A stretch of 64,000 nt of DNA, from positions 46,251-110,250 of the forward strand of contig CBEUCJ010000005.1 in NCBI GenBank assembly GCA_965541615.1. The letters run 5' to 3'. Positions 8,222-17,968 of this stretch are shown one piece after another; the first letter of the stretch is position 1; each line of letters opens with the position of its first letter. A program made the position numbers and the translations under genes. The DNA is from an uncultured bacterium (GTDB lineage Bacteria > Omnitrophota > Gorgyraeia > Duberdicusellales > CBEUCJ01). A model generated the notes under the pieces. That model ran no database searches. It was not told the DNA's origin and worked only from the letters and a program-made list of their open reading frames with translations.

Positions 8222-8990
8222 AATTTATTAACTCTATATTTTTTATCTCTTCTTTTAGGAGATTCTTTGCTTTAATCTTAAAACCTTGTATGTCGTCTGT
8301 GACAAAAAATCTGTAAACTGGTCTTTTCTTTTCTTTTTTTAAAAATTTCTTTAGAGTCTTAATCAATGATGAGGGAGCATCTATTAGTTTGACCTTATTT
8401 TCAAAAAATAGATTAAGAGAATCTTTTAAAAGAGGATAATGCGTACAACCTAAAATTAAGGTATCTATATTTTTTCTCTTAAAATCATTTAAATACATTT
8501 CAATTATTTTAAGGACTATTTCTCCTTTAGTTAAGTTCTCTTCAATTAAAGGAACAAATAAAGGACATGCTTTTGAAAATATCTTTGCAGATGGTAAGAG
8601 TTCTTTTAATCTTTTCTGAAAACTTTTGCTCTTGATAGTTGAATTTGTTCCTATCACTCCTATTCTTTTATTTTTAGTATAAACCAGAGCTTCTTTTACT
8701 AAAGGGTCTATTACTCCTAATATAGGGATTCTAAAATATTCTTTTATACTTGGTAAAGCTACAGCTGAACAAGTATTACAAGCTATAATTATTAATTCAA
8801 CTTTAAAATTTAATAAAAAGAGTATGTTTTGCAAAGAAAGTTTTATTATAGTTTCTTTGGATTTTTCTCCGTAAGGTAAGTGAGCAGTATCTGCTAAATA
8901 AATAATATCTTGATGAGGAAATTTATTCTTTATCTCTTTAAAGATAGTAAGTCCTCCTATACCTGAATCGAATATTCCAATAGGGTTCAT
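8214..8990 (-). CDS. murI: Glutamate racemase
   Basis: IGIFDSGIGGLT N-terminus and a second Cys region (LILGCTHYPLL). Confidence 0.8.
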   Translation of the reverse strand: MNPIGIFDSGIGGLTIFKEIKNKFPHQDIIYLADTAHLPYGEKSKETIIKLSLQNILFLLNFKVELIIIACNTCSAVALPSIKEYFRIPILGVIDPLVKEALVYTKNKRIGVIGTNSTIKSKSFQKRLKELLPSAKIFSKACPLFVPLIEENLTKGEIVLKIIEMYLNDFKRKNIDTLILGCTHYPLLKDSLNLFFENKVKLIDAPSSLIKTLKKFLKKEKKRPVYRFFVTDDIQGFKIKAKNLLKEEIKNIELINYV

Positions 8991-9988
8991 TTTTTAACCT
9001 GAATTATTCTTTCTCCAAAATCTTTATTAAAGGATATTATACTTTGAGAAATAGCTTCTGCTAATTGTTCTCTGTAATAAGGATTCCTCAAAAACTTTTC
9101 TTCTGTAGGGTTAGTTAAGTAACCTACTTCTAAAAGCAGAGCAGGAATGTAAGTATTTCTTAAAACATAGAAAGGAGCTCCTCTCATAGTTCTAAACCTT
9201 ATATTTTGAGCTCTTAGACTTTTTATTAAGTATTCTGCTAATTTAAAAGTCTCTGCTCTTTTTTCAGAAAGTATCATATCACATAGTATCTTTTTTAATC
9301 TACTCTCTTTTATATATTTTTTTTCTTCTAATCTGTAAGTAAGAAGAGCTTGAGGGTCGGTTATCTTAGGAGAATAAAAATAAATTTCAAAACCTTTTAA
9401 TTTAGATGACCTGTTGGCATTCGCATGTATACTTAAAAATAAATCTGCTTTTGCTCTGTTTGCTAATTCTGTTCTCTCTTTTAAAGTCAAAAACTTATCT
9501 GTCGTCCTTGTTAAAGTAACTTTTATTCCTTCTTTCTCTAAAATTCTCTTTATTCTTTTACAGATATCTAAAACTACATCTTTTTCCTTAAGACCTCTCT
9601 TGCTTATTGCTCCTGGGTCTTTTCCACCATGGCCTGGATCTAAAACTACATGTTCTATCTTTAATCTTTTATACTTTATAGTCTGAAAAGCTCTTTTTTT
9701 AAAGTAACTTTCAAAACTCTTTGGTAAAAAGACTTTACCTTTTCTTAAAATTACAGGAGCTTCTAAAAGATAAAGATTATCTTCTATTGAACAGAGTGGT
9801 GTATTTAAAATAAATTTAAAATTCTTATTTTTTATATTGCAGCTAATAGTTCGAGATAAAATATCTATCTTTAAATTTTGAGGTGAGAATTTTGATAAAG
9901 GTAAGTAAGCATAATCTAAATAATGAATCTTTTTAGGAATACTTACACATCCATTTAAAATCAACATAAATATTAAAAATCTTTTCAT
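8987..9988 (-). CDS. N-acetylmuramoyl-L-alanine amidase (Amidase_3 family)
   Basis: VLDPGHGGKDPGA...FLSIHANA catalytic motifs, with an N-terminal signal and an AMIN-like region. Confidence 0.7.
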   Translation of the reverse strand: MKRFLIFMLILNGCVSIPKKIHYLDYAYLPLSKFSPQNLKIDILSRTISCNIKNKNFKFILNTPLCSIEDNLYLLEAPVILRKGKVFLPKSFESYFKKRAFQTIKYKRLKIEHVVLDPGHGGKDPGAISKRGLKEKDVVLDICKRIKRILEKEGIKVTLTRTTDKFLTLKERTELANRAKADLFLSIHANANRSSKLKGFEIYFYSPKITDPQALLTYRLEEKKYIKESRLKKILCDMILSEKRAETFKLAEYLIKSLRAQNIRFRTMRGAPFYVLRNTYIPALLLEVGYLTNPTEEKFLRNPYYREQLAEAISQSIISFNKDFGERIIQVKK

Positions 9989-9997
9989 AAAAAAATA

Positions 9998-11026
9998 TTA
10001 TAAATGTGCAATTATTTTTTTTAAATTGTTAACTGTATTTTCAAGAGAAGGACAATCAAACCACTTTCTTTGTGTAATCTCATTAGCTAAAACTCTATAC
10101 ATATCTTCTATACATTTCTTTAAATCGGTAGGGAGTTTAGGAGGTGTGGTTTTCACTAATTCTTTCCAATTTGTTTTTGTCTTAAGCTTTGCTCTTTCAA
10201 CTTCTCTATACCACTCAGTCTTCCTATAAAATATCCTTAAGATCTCTTTACTTAAATGTAAACCTTTATATAAAAATCTACATTCATCAGGAGTACCAAC
10301 ACAATCTATAACTAAAAGCTCTCTTTTAGCATTAAAACCAAATTCTAATTTCCCATCTATATTCAAAATACCTATTCTTTTTAATTGTGAGGTTATCAAA
10401 TCATTTATCTTAAAAGTAATACGCCTTATTTCTTCAAATTCACTTTCATCTAAACCTGAAAGTTCTTTTGCTTCAGAATATTTTAAATATCTATCTTGGG
10501 ACTCTAACTTAGTAGAAAAATCTAAAATTGGCTCAGATAAGAATTTGCCTAACTCTGGAGGCTTAGTTAATCTGAAATCTTTCCAGCTAACTTTTCCTTC
10601 TTTTATCCTTCTTAAAATACTTGAATTCTCAGTTATCACATTTCTGTATATTACTTCTAAAGGGATCAGAAAGTTAGTCTTTTCTTTCTTATAGATAGAA
10701 TAATCGTAATCTACTCCTTTTTTTAAAGGCTTAATGACCCTTAAAAATGTAATCTCCATTTGTGAAGGAGGAGTTTTGCATTCATTTAATTTTTTCAAAA
10801 CACCATCTTCTATTACTCCTCTGTAATGTGTCTTTATTCCTAACTCTTGGATCTTTTCAAAAAAGAAAGCACCTATTATACATAAACTCTTTCCTTTATC
10901 CTCTATTAAATCTGGCATTTGGCCCCAATCAAATACAGAATACCTATCTGAAAACAAAAATCTTGCTGAGCCTTCTTTTTCTAAAGAAGGCTCAGAGATT
11001 ACTTTTAAATCTTTTACACTTCCCAT
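9998..11026 (-). CDS. purC: Phosphoribosylaminoimidazole-succinocarboxamide (SAICAR) synthase, long form
   Basis: EGSARFLF...SVFDWG...KGKSLCIIGAFFFEKIQELGIKTHY parallels the PurC GKAK.VY / SAFDG / FfF..l...GIpTH blocks. At 342 aa it is longer than typical bacterial PurC. Confidence 0.6.
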   Translation of the reverse strand: MGSVKDLKVISEPSLEKEGSARFLFSDRYSVFDWGQMPDLIEDKGKSLCIIGAFFFEKIQELGIKTHYRGVIEDGVLKKLNECKTPPSQMEITFLRVIKPLKKGVDYDYSIYKKEKTNFLIPLEVIYRNVITENSSILRRIKEGKVSWKDFRLTKPPELGKFLSEPILDFSTKLESQDRYLKYSEAKELSGLDESEFEEIRRITFKINDLITSQLKRIGILNIDGKLEFGFNAKRELLVIDCVGTPDECRFLYKGLHLSKEILRIFYRKTEWYREVERAKLKTKTNWKELVKTTPPKLPTDLKKCIEDMYRVLANEITQRKWFDCPSLENTVNNLKKIIAHL

Positions 11027-11033
11027 TAAACTT

Positions 11034-11453
11034 TTAACGCTTGGTCCACTGAAAAGCTCGGCGGGCTCCTCTTCTTCCGTATTTCTTTCTTTCTTTAGCT
11101 CTGGGGTCTCTGGTTAGAAAACCTTCTTTTCTTAATATACTCCTCAATTCAGGATTTAACTCTACCAAAGCTCTTGAAATCCCTAATCTCACTGCTCCTG
11201 CTTGACCAGATATTCCTCCTCCTTCAACTTTTACTCTAATATCTACTTTATCTTTGTAACCTGTTCTTTCTAAAGGTTCTAATATATAAGTCCTGTGTAT
11301 AGGCCAACTAAAATAATTTTCAAAAGGTCTCTTGTTAATAATAATCTTTCCTGAGCCTTGATAGATTAACTCTACTCTTGCAGTAGAAGTCTTTCTTCTA
11401 CCTGTAGCCCAGATTCTTTTTACTTCTTGGGTCTCTTTAACTTCTTGTGTCAT
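11034..11453 (-). CDS. rpsI: 30S ribosomal protein S9
   Basis: C-terminal ...KKYGRRGARRAFQWTKR is the S9 signature. Confidence 0.85.
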   Translation of the reverse strand: MTQEVKETQEVKRIWATGRRKTSTARVELIYQGSGKIIINKRPFENYFSWPIHRTYILEPLERTGYKDKVDIRVKVEGGGISGQAGAVRLGISRALVELNPELRSILRKEGFLTRDPRAKERKKYGRRGARRAFQWTKR

Positions 11454-11881
11454 ACCTCAATAGGTTCTGGTTTTTGAGCTTGATGAGGATGTGAGCCTTC
11501 AGGATAAATCTTTAATTTTCTCATAATTCTTTTTCCTAAAGCATTCCTTTTAATCATTCTTTGAACAGCTAATCTTAAAACTTTTGCTGGATTTTTTTGA
11601 AGAAGCTTTTCCAAAGTTATCTCTTTTAACCCTCCTGGATAACCTGAGTATTTTCTGTATATCTTTTCTTTTAATTTTTTACCTGTAACTTTTATGTACT
11701 TTGCATTTATTACTACTACATAATCTCCACAATCTAAATGAGGAGAAAAATAAGGTTTGTGTTTTCCCCTTAACAAAATAGCTATCCTTGTAGCTAACCT
11801 CCCTAAAACTTTACCTTTAGCATCTATAAGATACCACTTTCTTTTTATCTCTTCTTTTTTAGGAAAATATGTCTTTCTCAT
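11450..11881 (-). CDS. rplM: 50S ribosomal protein L13
   Basis: KWYLIDAKGKVLGRLATRIAILLRGKHKP... is the L13 signature; located upstream of rpsI. Confidence 0.85.
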   Translation of the reverse strand: MRKTYFPKKEEIKRKWYLIDAKGKVLGRLATRIAILLRGKHKPYFSPHLDCGDYVVVINAKYIKVTGKKLKEKIYRKYSGYPGGLKEITLEKLLQKNPAKVLRLAVQRMIKRNALGKRIMRKLKIYPEGSHPHQAQKPEPIEV

Positions 11882-11891
11882 AATGAGAGAG

Positions 11892-11920
11892 AATTTAACA
11901 TAATTTAATCACTTAGTCAA
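11892..11920 (-). promoter_or_regulatory. Candidate sigma70-type promoter for rplM-rpsI (TTGACT-N17-TAAATT); would give a leader of only ~4 nt
   Basis: Minus-strand reading: TTGACTAAGTGATTAAATTATGTTAAATTCTCTCTCATT-ATG. No Shine-Dalgarno sequence lies between the -10 and the ATG. Confidence 0.25.
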
Positions 11921-11936
11921 CCTCTTTATGAAAATT

Positions 11937-13448
11937 TTAAGACTTATTTATAGATTGTCTTAATCTCCAGGGTCTAAAAGAAAATAAGAGAGCCAAAAAT
12001 AAAGTAAATATTAACCAATCTCTACCCAAGATTATCAGGCTTAAAATAGAATAACCTCCATAAGGCTGCTTAAATTCCTTAACCAATGAATTAAAGAGTA
12101 AAGTAGCTAACACTAAAGGACATACAACTCTTATGCAAAAATCCCAAATTTTAGATAATTTAAAAACACTCACATGATTTATATGCTCCCTTAATCTGTG
12201 AGTTTTATATATCCAGCCAATAAGTATACATTCTAAAAAACCTGCTGTTAACAATCCATAAGTAGTCAAAAAATGATCTACGATCTCTAACCAGTGAATG
12301 CCTGCTTGAGTAGTAAAAATGACAGAACCTAAAAATCCTAAGATAGAAAGTACACTGACTACTACTTTTCTCTTATATTGAAACTTATCTATGATTGCTG
12401 ATGTAAAAGCTTCTAAAATAGATACTGAACTCGATAGACCTGCTATTACTAAGATTGCAAAGAATACTACTCCAAAAAGATTTTGAAAAGCAGGTAGTAA
12501 ACTTATAGCTTTAGGATAAGCTATGAAAGCTAAACCTGCTCCTTTAGAGACTACTTCTTCTAAGGGTTTTTGAGTAACATGAGACATATACCCTAAAACA
12601 GAAAATACTCCTAAACCTGCAAAGACTGAATAAAAGCAATTAGTAAAACTTATAGCTATAGAATCTTTGAGTATCTGGGATTTTTTAGGAAGATATGAAG
12701 CGTAAGCTATCATTATCCCAAAACCTAAACTTAAAGTAAAAAATATTTGACTAAATGCATCTATCCATACTTTAGGATTCTTTAACTGTGAAAAATCAGG
12801 CTTTAGATAAACTTTTAAACCAGAACTTGCTCCAGGAAGCCTTAAACTCCAAAAGACTAAGATAGCTGTAAGAATAAACAATAAAGGCATAAATATTTTA
12901 TTTGCACGTTCTAATCCTTTCTCTATACCTGAAAATACTATTAGCCAATTCAGAAACCATATTACAAAAAGAGCAAATAGAATCAGTGTCCTTATATCTC
13001 CTATATTAAAAGGACCTTTACTTACCATTAAAAATTTATTAAAAAAGAAGTTGTTTGGATTTTCTCCCCAAGAAAGATTAAATGAAAAAAATAGATAATT
13101 CAAACACCAAGCTATTACTACAGAGTAATACAAAACTATCCCAAACATAACAAAGATAACCTGCCACCATCCCAACCATTCCCAATGCTTTGAGATCTCA
13201 TAATAAGAAGCGGGAGCTGATCCTCTCATTTTGTGTCCTAATCCAATCTCTAAAATCATTAAAGGTAATCCTACCAGAAAAAGAGCTAAAAAATAAGGGA
13301 TTAAAAATGCTCCTCCTCCATTTTCATAACAAAGATAAGGAAATCTCCATACATTCCCTAAACCTATAGCTGAACCAATAGCTGCTAATAAAAATCCTAT
13401 ATGAGACTTCCATTGAGGCCGGTGATGTACAGGCAGAGTTTCTTTCAT
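11937..13448 (-). CDS. Sodium-dependent transporter, NSS/SNF (SLC6) family
   Basis: GFLLAAIGSAIGLGNVWRFPYLCYENGGGAFLIPY is the NSS TM1 signature; about 12 TMs. Confidence 0.8.
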   Translation of the reverse strand: MKETLPVHHRPQWKSHIGFLLAAIGSAIGLGNVWRFPYLCYENGGGAFLIPYFLALFLVGLPLMILEIGLGHKMRGSAPASYYEISKHWEWLGWWQVIFVMFGIVLYYSVVIAWCLNYLFFSFNLSWGENPNNFFFNKFLMVSKGPFNIGDIRTLILFALFVIWFLNWLIVFSGIEKGLERANKIFMPLLFILTAILVFWSLRLPGASSGLKVYLKPDFSQLKNPKVWIDAFSQIFFTLSLGFGIMIAYASYLPKKSQILKDSIAISFTNCFYSVFAGLGVFSVLGYMSHVTQKPLEEVVSKGAGLAFIAYPKAISLLPAFQNLFGVVFFAILVIAGLSSSVSILEAFTSAIIDKFQYKRKVVVSVLSILGFLGSVIFTTQAGIHWLEIVDHFLTTYGLLTAGFLECILIGWIYKTHRLREHINHVSVFKLSKIWDFCIRVVCPLVLATLLFNSLVKEFKQPYGGYSILSLIILGRDWLIFTLFLALLFSFRPWRLRQSINKS

Positions 13449-13515
13449 AGAAAAGTTAGTATACCAAATTTAAAATTATTGCTCAAATAAATTTTATATA
13501 GTAAATTAATTAACT

Positions 13516-14868
13516 ATGATGATAACTAAAGAGAAGACTATAAAAAGATATTTTGTTATTCTAACTATAATTATTATTCCTGCTTTTATACTCTGGGGTT
13601 CACAAGTATTAAGAGTCTCTTTCAGACCTGTTCTTAAAGTCTTTGGAAAGAATTTTTCAAAAAGCGAATTTTTAAAATTTTATAACCTAACTTACTTAAG
13701 TTTAAAGATGCGTCTGGGAGATGATTTTTATAAGTTAAGTACTTCAGATATAAAGAATGAGACTATAAAAAGAATAATTTTGTTAACAGAAGCTAAAAGA
13801 AGAGGTCTAAAAGTTACTGATAAAGAGGTAGCCAGATTCATAATAAACAACTTTAAGAAAAATCAAAAATTTGATAAAGAATTCTACTTAAATTTGGTCA
13901 AAAGATATTTCAGGACTACCCCTTCAAAATTTGAAGAAATGTTGAGGCAAAATTTACTTATTGAAAAATTATTTAATCAAGTTACAAAAGATGTAAAAGT
14001 TAGTGACTCTGAACTTTTGGAAGTATATAGAAGTCTAAAAGAAAAAGCTAAAATTAATTTTATTAAAATAAATTCTTCTGACTTTTATAAAAAAATCCAT
14101 TTAGATTCTGGTGAGCTTAAAAGTTATTTTAATGAACATAAAGAAGAATTTAGAACTCCTTTGAGAGTAAAAATAAAATATGTATTTATTCCTTTTAAAG
14201 ATGAGAAAACTTTATCTACAGTAAAAAAATTAAAGACTTTAAAACGTATCAAAGACTTTTTTGGTGTACCAATTTTAGAGAGCAATTATTTTTCATTAGA
14301 AGAACCTATCTCAAATATTGGATGGCAAAGAATAATAAATATTAATGCTTTTAACTTAGAGATGAATGAAACTTCAAAACCTATCGTTACAGAAAGAGGA
14401 ATATATGTAATTAAACTTATAGATAAAAAACCTTCTTATCTACCTAAATTTGATGAAGTAAAAGAAAAAATAAAAGAATTGTTGACTAGAAAAAAAGCAT
14501 TGAGATTAGCTAAATTCAAAGCTTTTAAAATTTACAAAAAATTAAAAAAGAATGAGAAGATAAAAAATTTGAAGATAGAAGAATCTGATTTTTTTAAAAG
14601 AGGAGATTACATCCCTAATTTAGGCAAAGACGAAAATTTTACAGAAAGAGTCTTTAATGCTCCTTTACAAAGATGGCAACCACCTTACAAGTTAGATTCT
14701 CAATTTATAATATTTAAAGTAGTTGCAAAAGAAGGTTTTTCAAAAGATAAATTTGAAAAGGAAAAAGAAGAATGGAAGGAAATCTATCTTAAGATTAAGA
14801 AACTTAAGACCTTTAATGAATTCTTCTTTTCTCTTTTACAAAGAGTTAAAATCTCAAAAAACCTTTAA
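13516..14868 (+). CDS. Membrane-anchored periplasmic chaperone / peptidyl-prolyl isomerase of the PpiD/SurA family
   Basis: N-terminal TM, a SurA_N-like helical region, and a C-terminal parvulin-like block (SKPIVTERGIYVIKLIDKKP). Confidence 0.5.
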   Translation: MMITKEKTIKRYFVILTIIIIPAFILWGSQVLRVSFRPVLKVFGKNFSKSEFLKFYNLTYLSLKMRLGDDFYKLSTSDIKNETIKRIILLTEAKRRGLKVTDKEVARFIINNFKKNQKFDKEFYLNLVKRYFRTTPSKFEEMLRQNLLIEKLFNQVTKDVKVSDSELLEVYRSLKEKAKINFIKINSSDFYKKIHLDSGELKSYFNEHKEEFRTPLRVKIKYVFIPFKDEKTLSTVKKLKTLKRIKDFFGVPILESNYFSLEEPISNIGWQRIININAFNLEMNETSKPIVTERGIYVIKLIDKKPSYLPKFDEVKEKIKELLTRKKALRLAKFKAFKIYKKLKKNEKIKNLKIEESDFFKRGDYIPNLGKDENFTERVFNAPLQRWQPPYKLDSQFIIFKVVAKEGFSKDKFEKEKEEWKEIYLKIKKLKTFNEFFFSLLQRVKISKNL

Positions 14869-14874
14869 AAAAAT

Positions 14875-15066
14875 TTAATCAGAGACTTCTATAGCTCCTA
14901 CTGGACATTGAGAAGCTATCTCTTTGACATCACAACTTACAGCAGAAAAATCTACATTCTCTTTTACACCAGCTATTCCTTCTGAATTTAATTCAAAAAC
15001 TTCTGGACAAGAATTTGCACATAAACCACATCCTATACATTTAGAAGAATCTACTTTCACTTGCAT
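14875..15066 (-). CDS. fdx: Ferredoxin, single [4Fe-4S] cluster (Thermotoga/Pyrococcus type)
   Basis: 63 aa: KCIGCGLCANSCPEVF ... SQCPVGAIEVSD. Cys pattern CxxCxxC...CP. It is directly downstream of porB. Confidence 0.8.
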   Translation of the reverse strand: MQVKVDSSKCIGCGLCANSCPEVFELNSEGIAGVKENVDFSAVSCDVKEIASQCPVGAIEVSD

Positions 15067-15091
15067 TTTTTCACCTCCTTTTTAAAAAAGT

Positions 15092-15964
15092 TTAAATTAA
15101 ATTATAAAATTCTATATTAAAATCTGCTATCTTTTGAATCTCTTCTATTAATTTTTTATCCTTTAAAATATGCTTAAACCTTCTTTGAGGAGCTAAATAT
15201 TCTTCTACAGGTTTTTTATCTTTTATTTTATAGACATTAATCAACTTACCATTTTCATACTCTACTAAAGGGTATAAACCTGTCTGTACAGCTAACTTTG
15301 CGATCTCTAAAGTCTTATCAGAAGAAAATCCCCATCCTAAAGGGCAAGGAACATGAACTTGAATGTATTTGGGACCTTTTATTTGTAAAGCTTTCTTAAC
15401 TTTTCTTATAAGGTCTTGAGGAAAACCTACTGATGCTGAAGCTGCATAGGGAATTAAATGTGATGCACATATACCTACTACATTCTTTTTTGGTCTTTGA
15501 TTTCCATGCCACACTTTTCCTGAAGGAGAAGTAGTAGTGTTAGCTCCTGTGGGAGTTAAACCACTCCTTTGGATACCTGTATTCATATAAGCTTCATTAT
15601 CAAAACAGACAAACAACACATTATGACCTCTTTCTAACATTCCAGATAAAGCCTGCAAGCCAATATCTGCTGTACCACCATCACCTGCAAAAGCTAATAC
15701 ATTTATACTTTCTTTGCCTAAAGCTTTTAAAGCAGATTCCACTCCTGAAGCAACAGCAGCTGCATTTTCAAATAGTGAATGTATCCAAGGTACTCTCCAA
15801 GCTGAATAAGGCCAGAGAGTAGAAAATACTTCCAAACATCCTGTAGCATTACAAACTATGGTATTAGGACCTGCTGTATTTACTATAAGTTTGGCAGCTA
15901 TAGCTTGTCCACAACCTGGACAAGCAGTATGTCCTGAAACAAATAAACTCTCTTTAAAGTTCAT
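15092..15964 (-). CDS. porB: 2-oxoacid (pyruvate):ferredoxin oxidoreductase, beta subunit (TPP-binding)
   Basis: GHTACPGCGQ and GDGG TPP motifs. Confidence 0.85.
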   Translation of the reverse strand: MNFKESLFVSGHTACPGCGQAIAAKLIVNTAGPNTIVCNATGCLEVFSTLWPYSAWRVPWIHSLFENAAAVASGVESALKALGKESINVLAFAGDGGTADIGLQALSGMLERGHNVLFVCFDNEAYMNTGIQRSGLTPTGANTTTSPSGKVWHGNQRPKKNVVGICASHLIPYAASASVGFPQDLIRKVKKALQIKGPKYIQVHVPCPLGWGFSSDKTLEIAKLAVQTGLYPLVEYENGKLINVYKIKDKKPVEEYLAPQRRFKHILKDKKLIEEIQKIADFNIEFYNLI

Positions 15965-17129
15965 CTCTTAAGAGTTCCTTTTTTACATCTAAAAAATAAC
16001 TACCTTCAGGATTAGTATCAGCTATCTTTAGCATCTCTAAAATAGTATTCAGAGTAATATCTCTTCCTCCCAACCCTGCTATAAATCCATAGATCTTCTT
16101 ATCAGCTCCTTGAAGTAAAGATTTTATCTCTATGTAAACTGGACCATCACAACCTAAAGAAATAGATTTATCTAAAATTAATACTCTCTTTGCAGATTCT
16201 AAATTTTTTAAAATATCGGTCTTGGGAAGAGGTCTAAAAGAAATTATTTTTAACAAACCAACTTTTTCTCCTTTTTTTCTTAAAGAATCTACAACTTCTT
16301 TCATCGTTCCACATACTGATCCCAAAGCTATAATTATAGTATCTGCATCTTGAGTAAAATAAGACTCTATCTTTAAATTTATACTTTTGCCAAAAACATT
16401 TTTAAATTCTGATTCAAAATAAGGAAACTTTTCTAAAAGTTCTAAATGGGTTTGATGAAGAGCGTATCTTGTTTCTAAATAACAGTCAGGAGCTCCTAAA
16501 AATCCTAAAGTTAAAGGATTTTCTACATCTAATTTAAAAGGCAGATTTAAGGGAGGTAAAAACTTTTTGACTTCTTCTTCTGAAGGAAATTCTACAGGTT
16601 CAAAACCATGAGTTAAAATATATCCATCTATACAGACCATGACAGGTAATAAAATTTTAGGATCTTCAGAAATTCTATAGGAAGCAAAAATCAAATCTAC
16701 AGCTTCCTGAACATTTTCTGCATAAAATTGAACCCAACCAGAATCCCTTACAGCCATTGAATCTTGATGATCATTCCAGATATTTATAGGAGCAGATAAA
16801 GCCCTGTTAGCACATACTAAAACTATAGGTAATCTCATTCCAGCAGCATTAAAAAGAACTTCACTCATCAAAATTAAACCTTGAGAAGAAGTTGCAGTAA
16901 AGACCCTTGCTCCACAAGCTGCAGCTCCTAATACTACAGAGCATGCAGAATGTTCAGATTCTACATTTATAAACTCAGCTTTTAATTCACCATCAGCTAC
17001 AAAATCTGCTAATCTTTCTACTATATGAGTTTGAGGAGTTATAGGATATGCTGATATTACCTGGGGTCTACATAATTTGACTGCTTCAGCTATAGCATGT
17101 GAACCTTCTAAAAATTCTTTTCTTTTCAT
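15954..17129 (-). CDS. porA: 2-oxoacid (pyruvate):ferredoxin oxidoreductase, alpha subunit
   Basis: 391-aa POR alpha-like protein with GSHAIAEAVKLCRPQVISAYPITPQT N-terminus. Confidence 0.85.
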   Translation of the reverse strand: MKRKEFLEGSHAIAEAVKLCRPQVISAYPITPQTHIVERLADFVADGELKAEFINVESEHSACSVVLGAAACGARVFTATSSQGLILMSEVLFNAAGMRLPIVLVCANRALSAPINIWNDHQDSMAVRDSGWVQFYAENVQEAVDLIFASYRISEDPKILLPVMVCIDGYILTHGFEPVEFPSEEEVKKFLPPLNLPFKLDVENPLTLGFLGAPDCYLETRYALHQTHLELLEKFPYFESEFKNVFGKSINLKIESYFTQDADTIIIALGSVCGTMKEVVDSLRKKGEKVGLLKIISFRPLPKTDILKNLESAKRVLILDKSISLGCDGPVYIEIKSLLQGADKKIYGFIAGLGGRDITLNTILEMLKIADTNPEGSYFLDVKKELLRDEL

Positions 17130-17380
17130 CTTTCAGGTTCCATTATTATATCTTTCTTAGGACATATGTAAGCACATAAACTGCAACCTTTACAAAATTC
17201 TAAGTCAGGTTCATATTTATTTTTTTCTTCTCCTTTAATGCAATCTTCAGGACATATTAATTTACATAACCCGCATCCTATACAATTCTGATGTAAAAAT
17301 TTAGGCTTATGAGTTGAGCGCCAAGAACCTGTTTTGTAATTTTTGGAGGAAGCTGGTTTACAAAATATTGGTCCAAACAT
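17126..17380 (-). CDS. porD: 2-oxoacid:ferredoxin oxidoreductase, delta subunit (2x[4Fe-4S])
   Basis: 84 aa with two CxxCxxCxxxCP motifs (CIGCGLCKLICP, CKGCSLCAYICP). Confidence 0.8.
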   Translation of the reverse strand: MFGPIFCKPASSKNYKTGSWRSTHKPKFLHQNCIGCGLCKLICPEDCIKGEEKNKYEPDLEFCKGCSLCAYICPKKDIIMEPER

Positions 17381-17382
17381 TT

Positions 17383-17919
17383 TTAAACAGCTTCAAATCC
17401 TTTTTTAACAGCCTCCAAATTCTTCTCTAACACTTCTGGCTTTGTTTTTAAAAACCTTCTTCTTATAGCTTCTAATAAAGAATCTAATTTTACTTCTCCT
17501 GTGGCTTTACTAAAAGCACCTAATAAAACTGTATTTACAAAAGGTTTGCCAATAGTTTCTAAAGCTATCTTTAAAGCTGGCACACAATAAATCTTTTGTC
17601 CAAGTTTTTGAGGTGTAAAAGAATTTTCTGAATTTATAATTGCTAAGCCTTTTTCTTTTAGAACTTTTAAACAATCTAAAGACTCCAAAAGAGTATCATC
17701 TATTACGATAATATAATCAGGTTCATAGATTTTTGATCTAATCTTTACAGGTCTTGTATCGAACCTTAAAAAAGCATTCATAGGAGCACCCATACGAGCT
17801 GCTCCAAAATGAGGAAAGGCATAACAGAATTTATTCTCTAAAAAAAGAGCTTGTCCTAAAATAGCTGCTGTAGTTATTGCTCCTTGACCTGCTCTTCCAT
17901 AAATTATCACTTCCTTCAT
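17383..17919 (-). CDS. porG: 2-oxoacid:ferredoxin oxidoreductase, gamma subunit
   Basis: IIYGRAGQGAITTAAILGQA N-terminus typical of POR gamma; 178 aa. Confidence 0.8.
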   Translation of the reverse strand: MKEVIIYGRAGQGAITTAAILGQALFLENKFCYAFPHFGAARMGAPMNAFLRFDTRPVKIRSKIYEPDYIIVIDDTLLESLDCLKVLKEKGLAIINSENSFTPQKLGQKIYCVPALKIALETIGKPFVNTVLLGAFSKATGEVKLDSLLEAIRRRFLKTKPEVLEKNLEAVKKGFEAV

Positions 17920-17968
17920 AAGGAAACCTTTATATCACATAAAAATTAGTATTGCAAGAGAAAAATAT

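Noticed and set aside
13449-13515. Divergent promoter region between the NSS transporter and the PpiD-like gene
   Set aside because: Several TTGnnn / TAnAAT combinations can be drawn in this extremely AT-rich 67-nt spacer in both directions. None stands out, so no specific promoter is reported.
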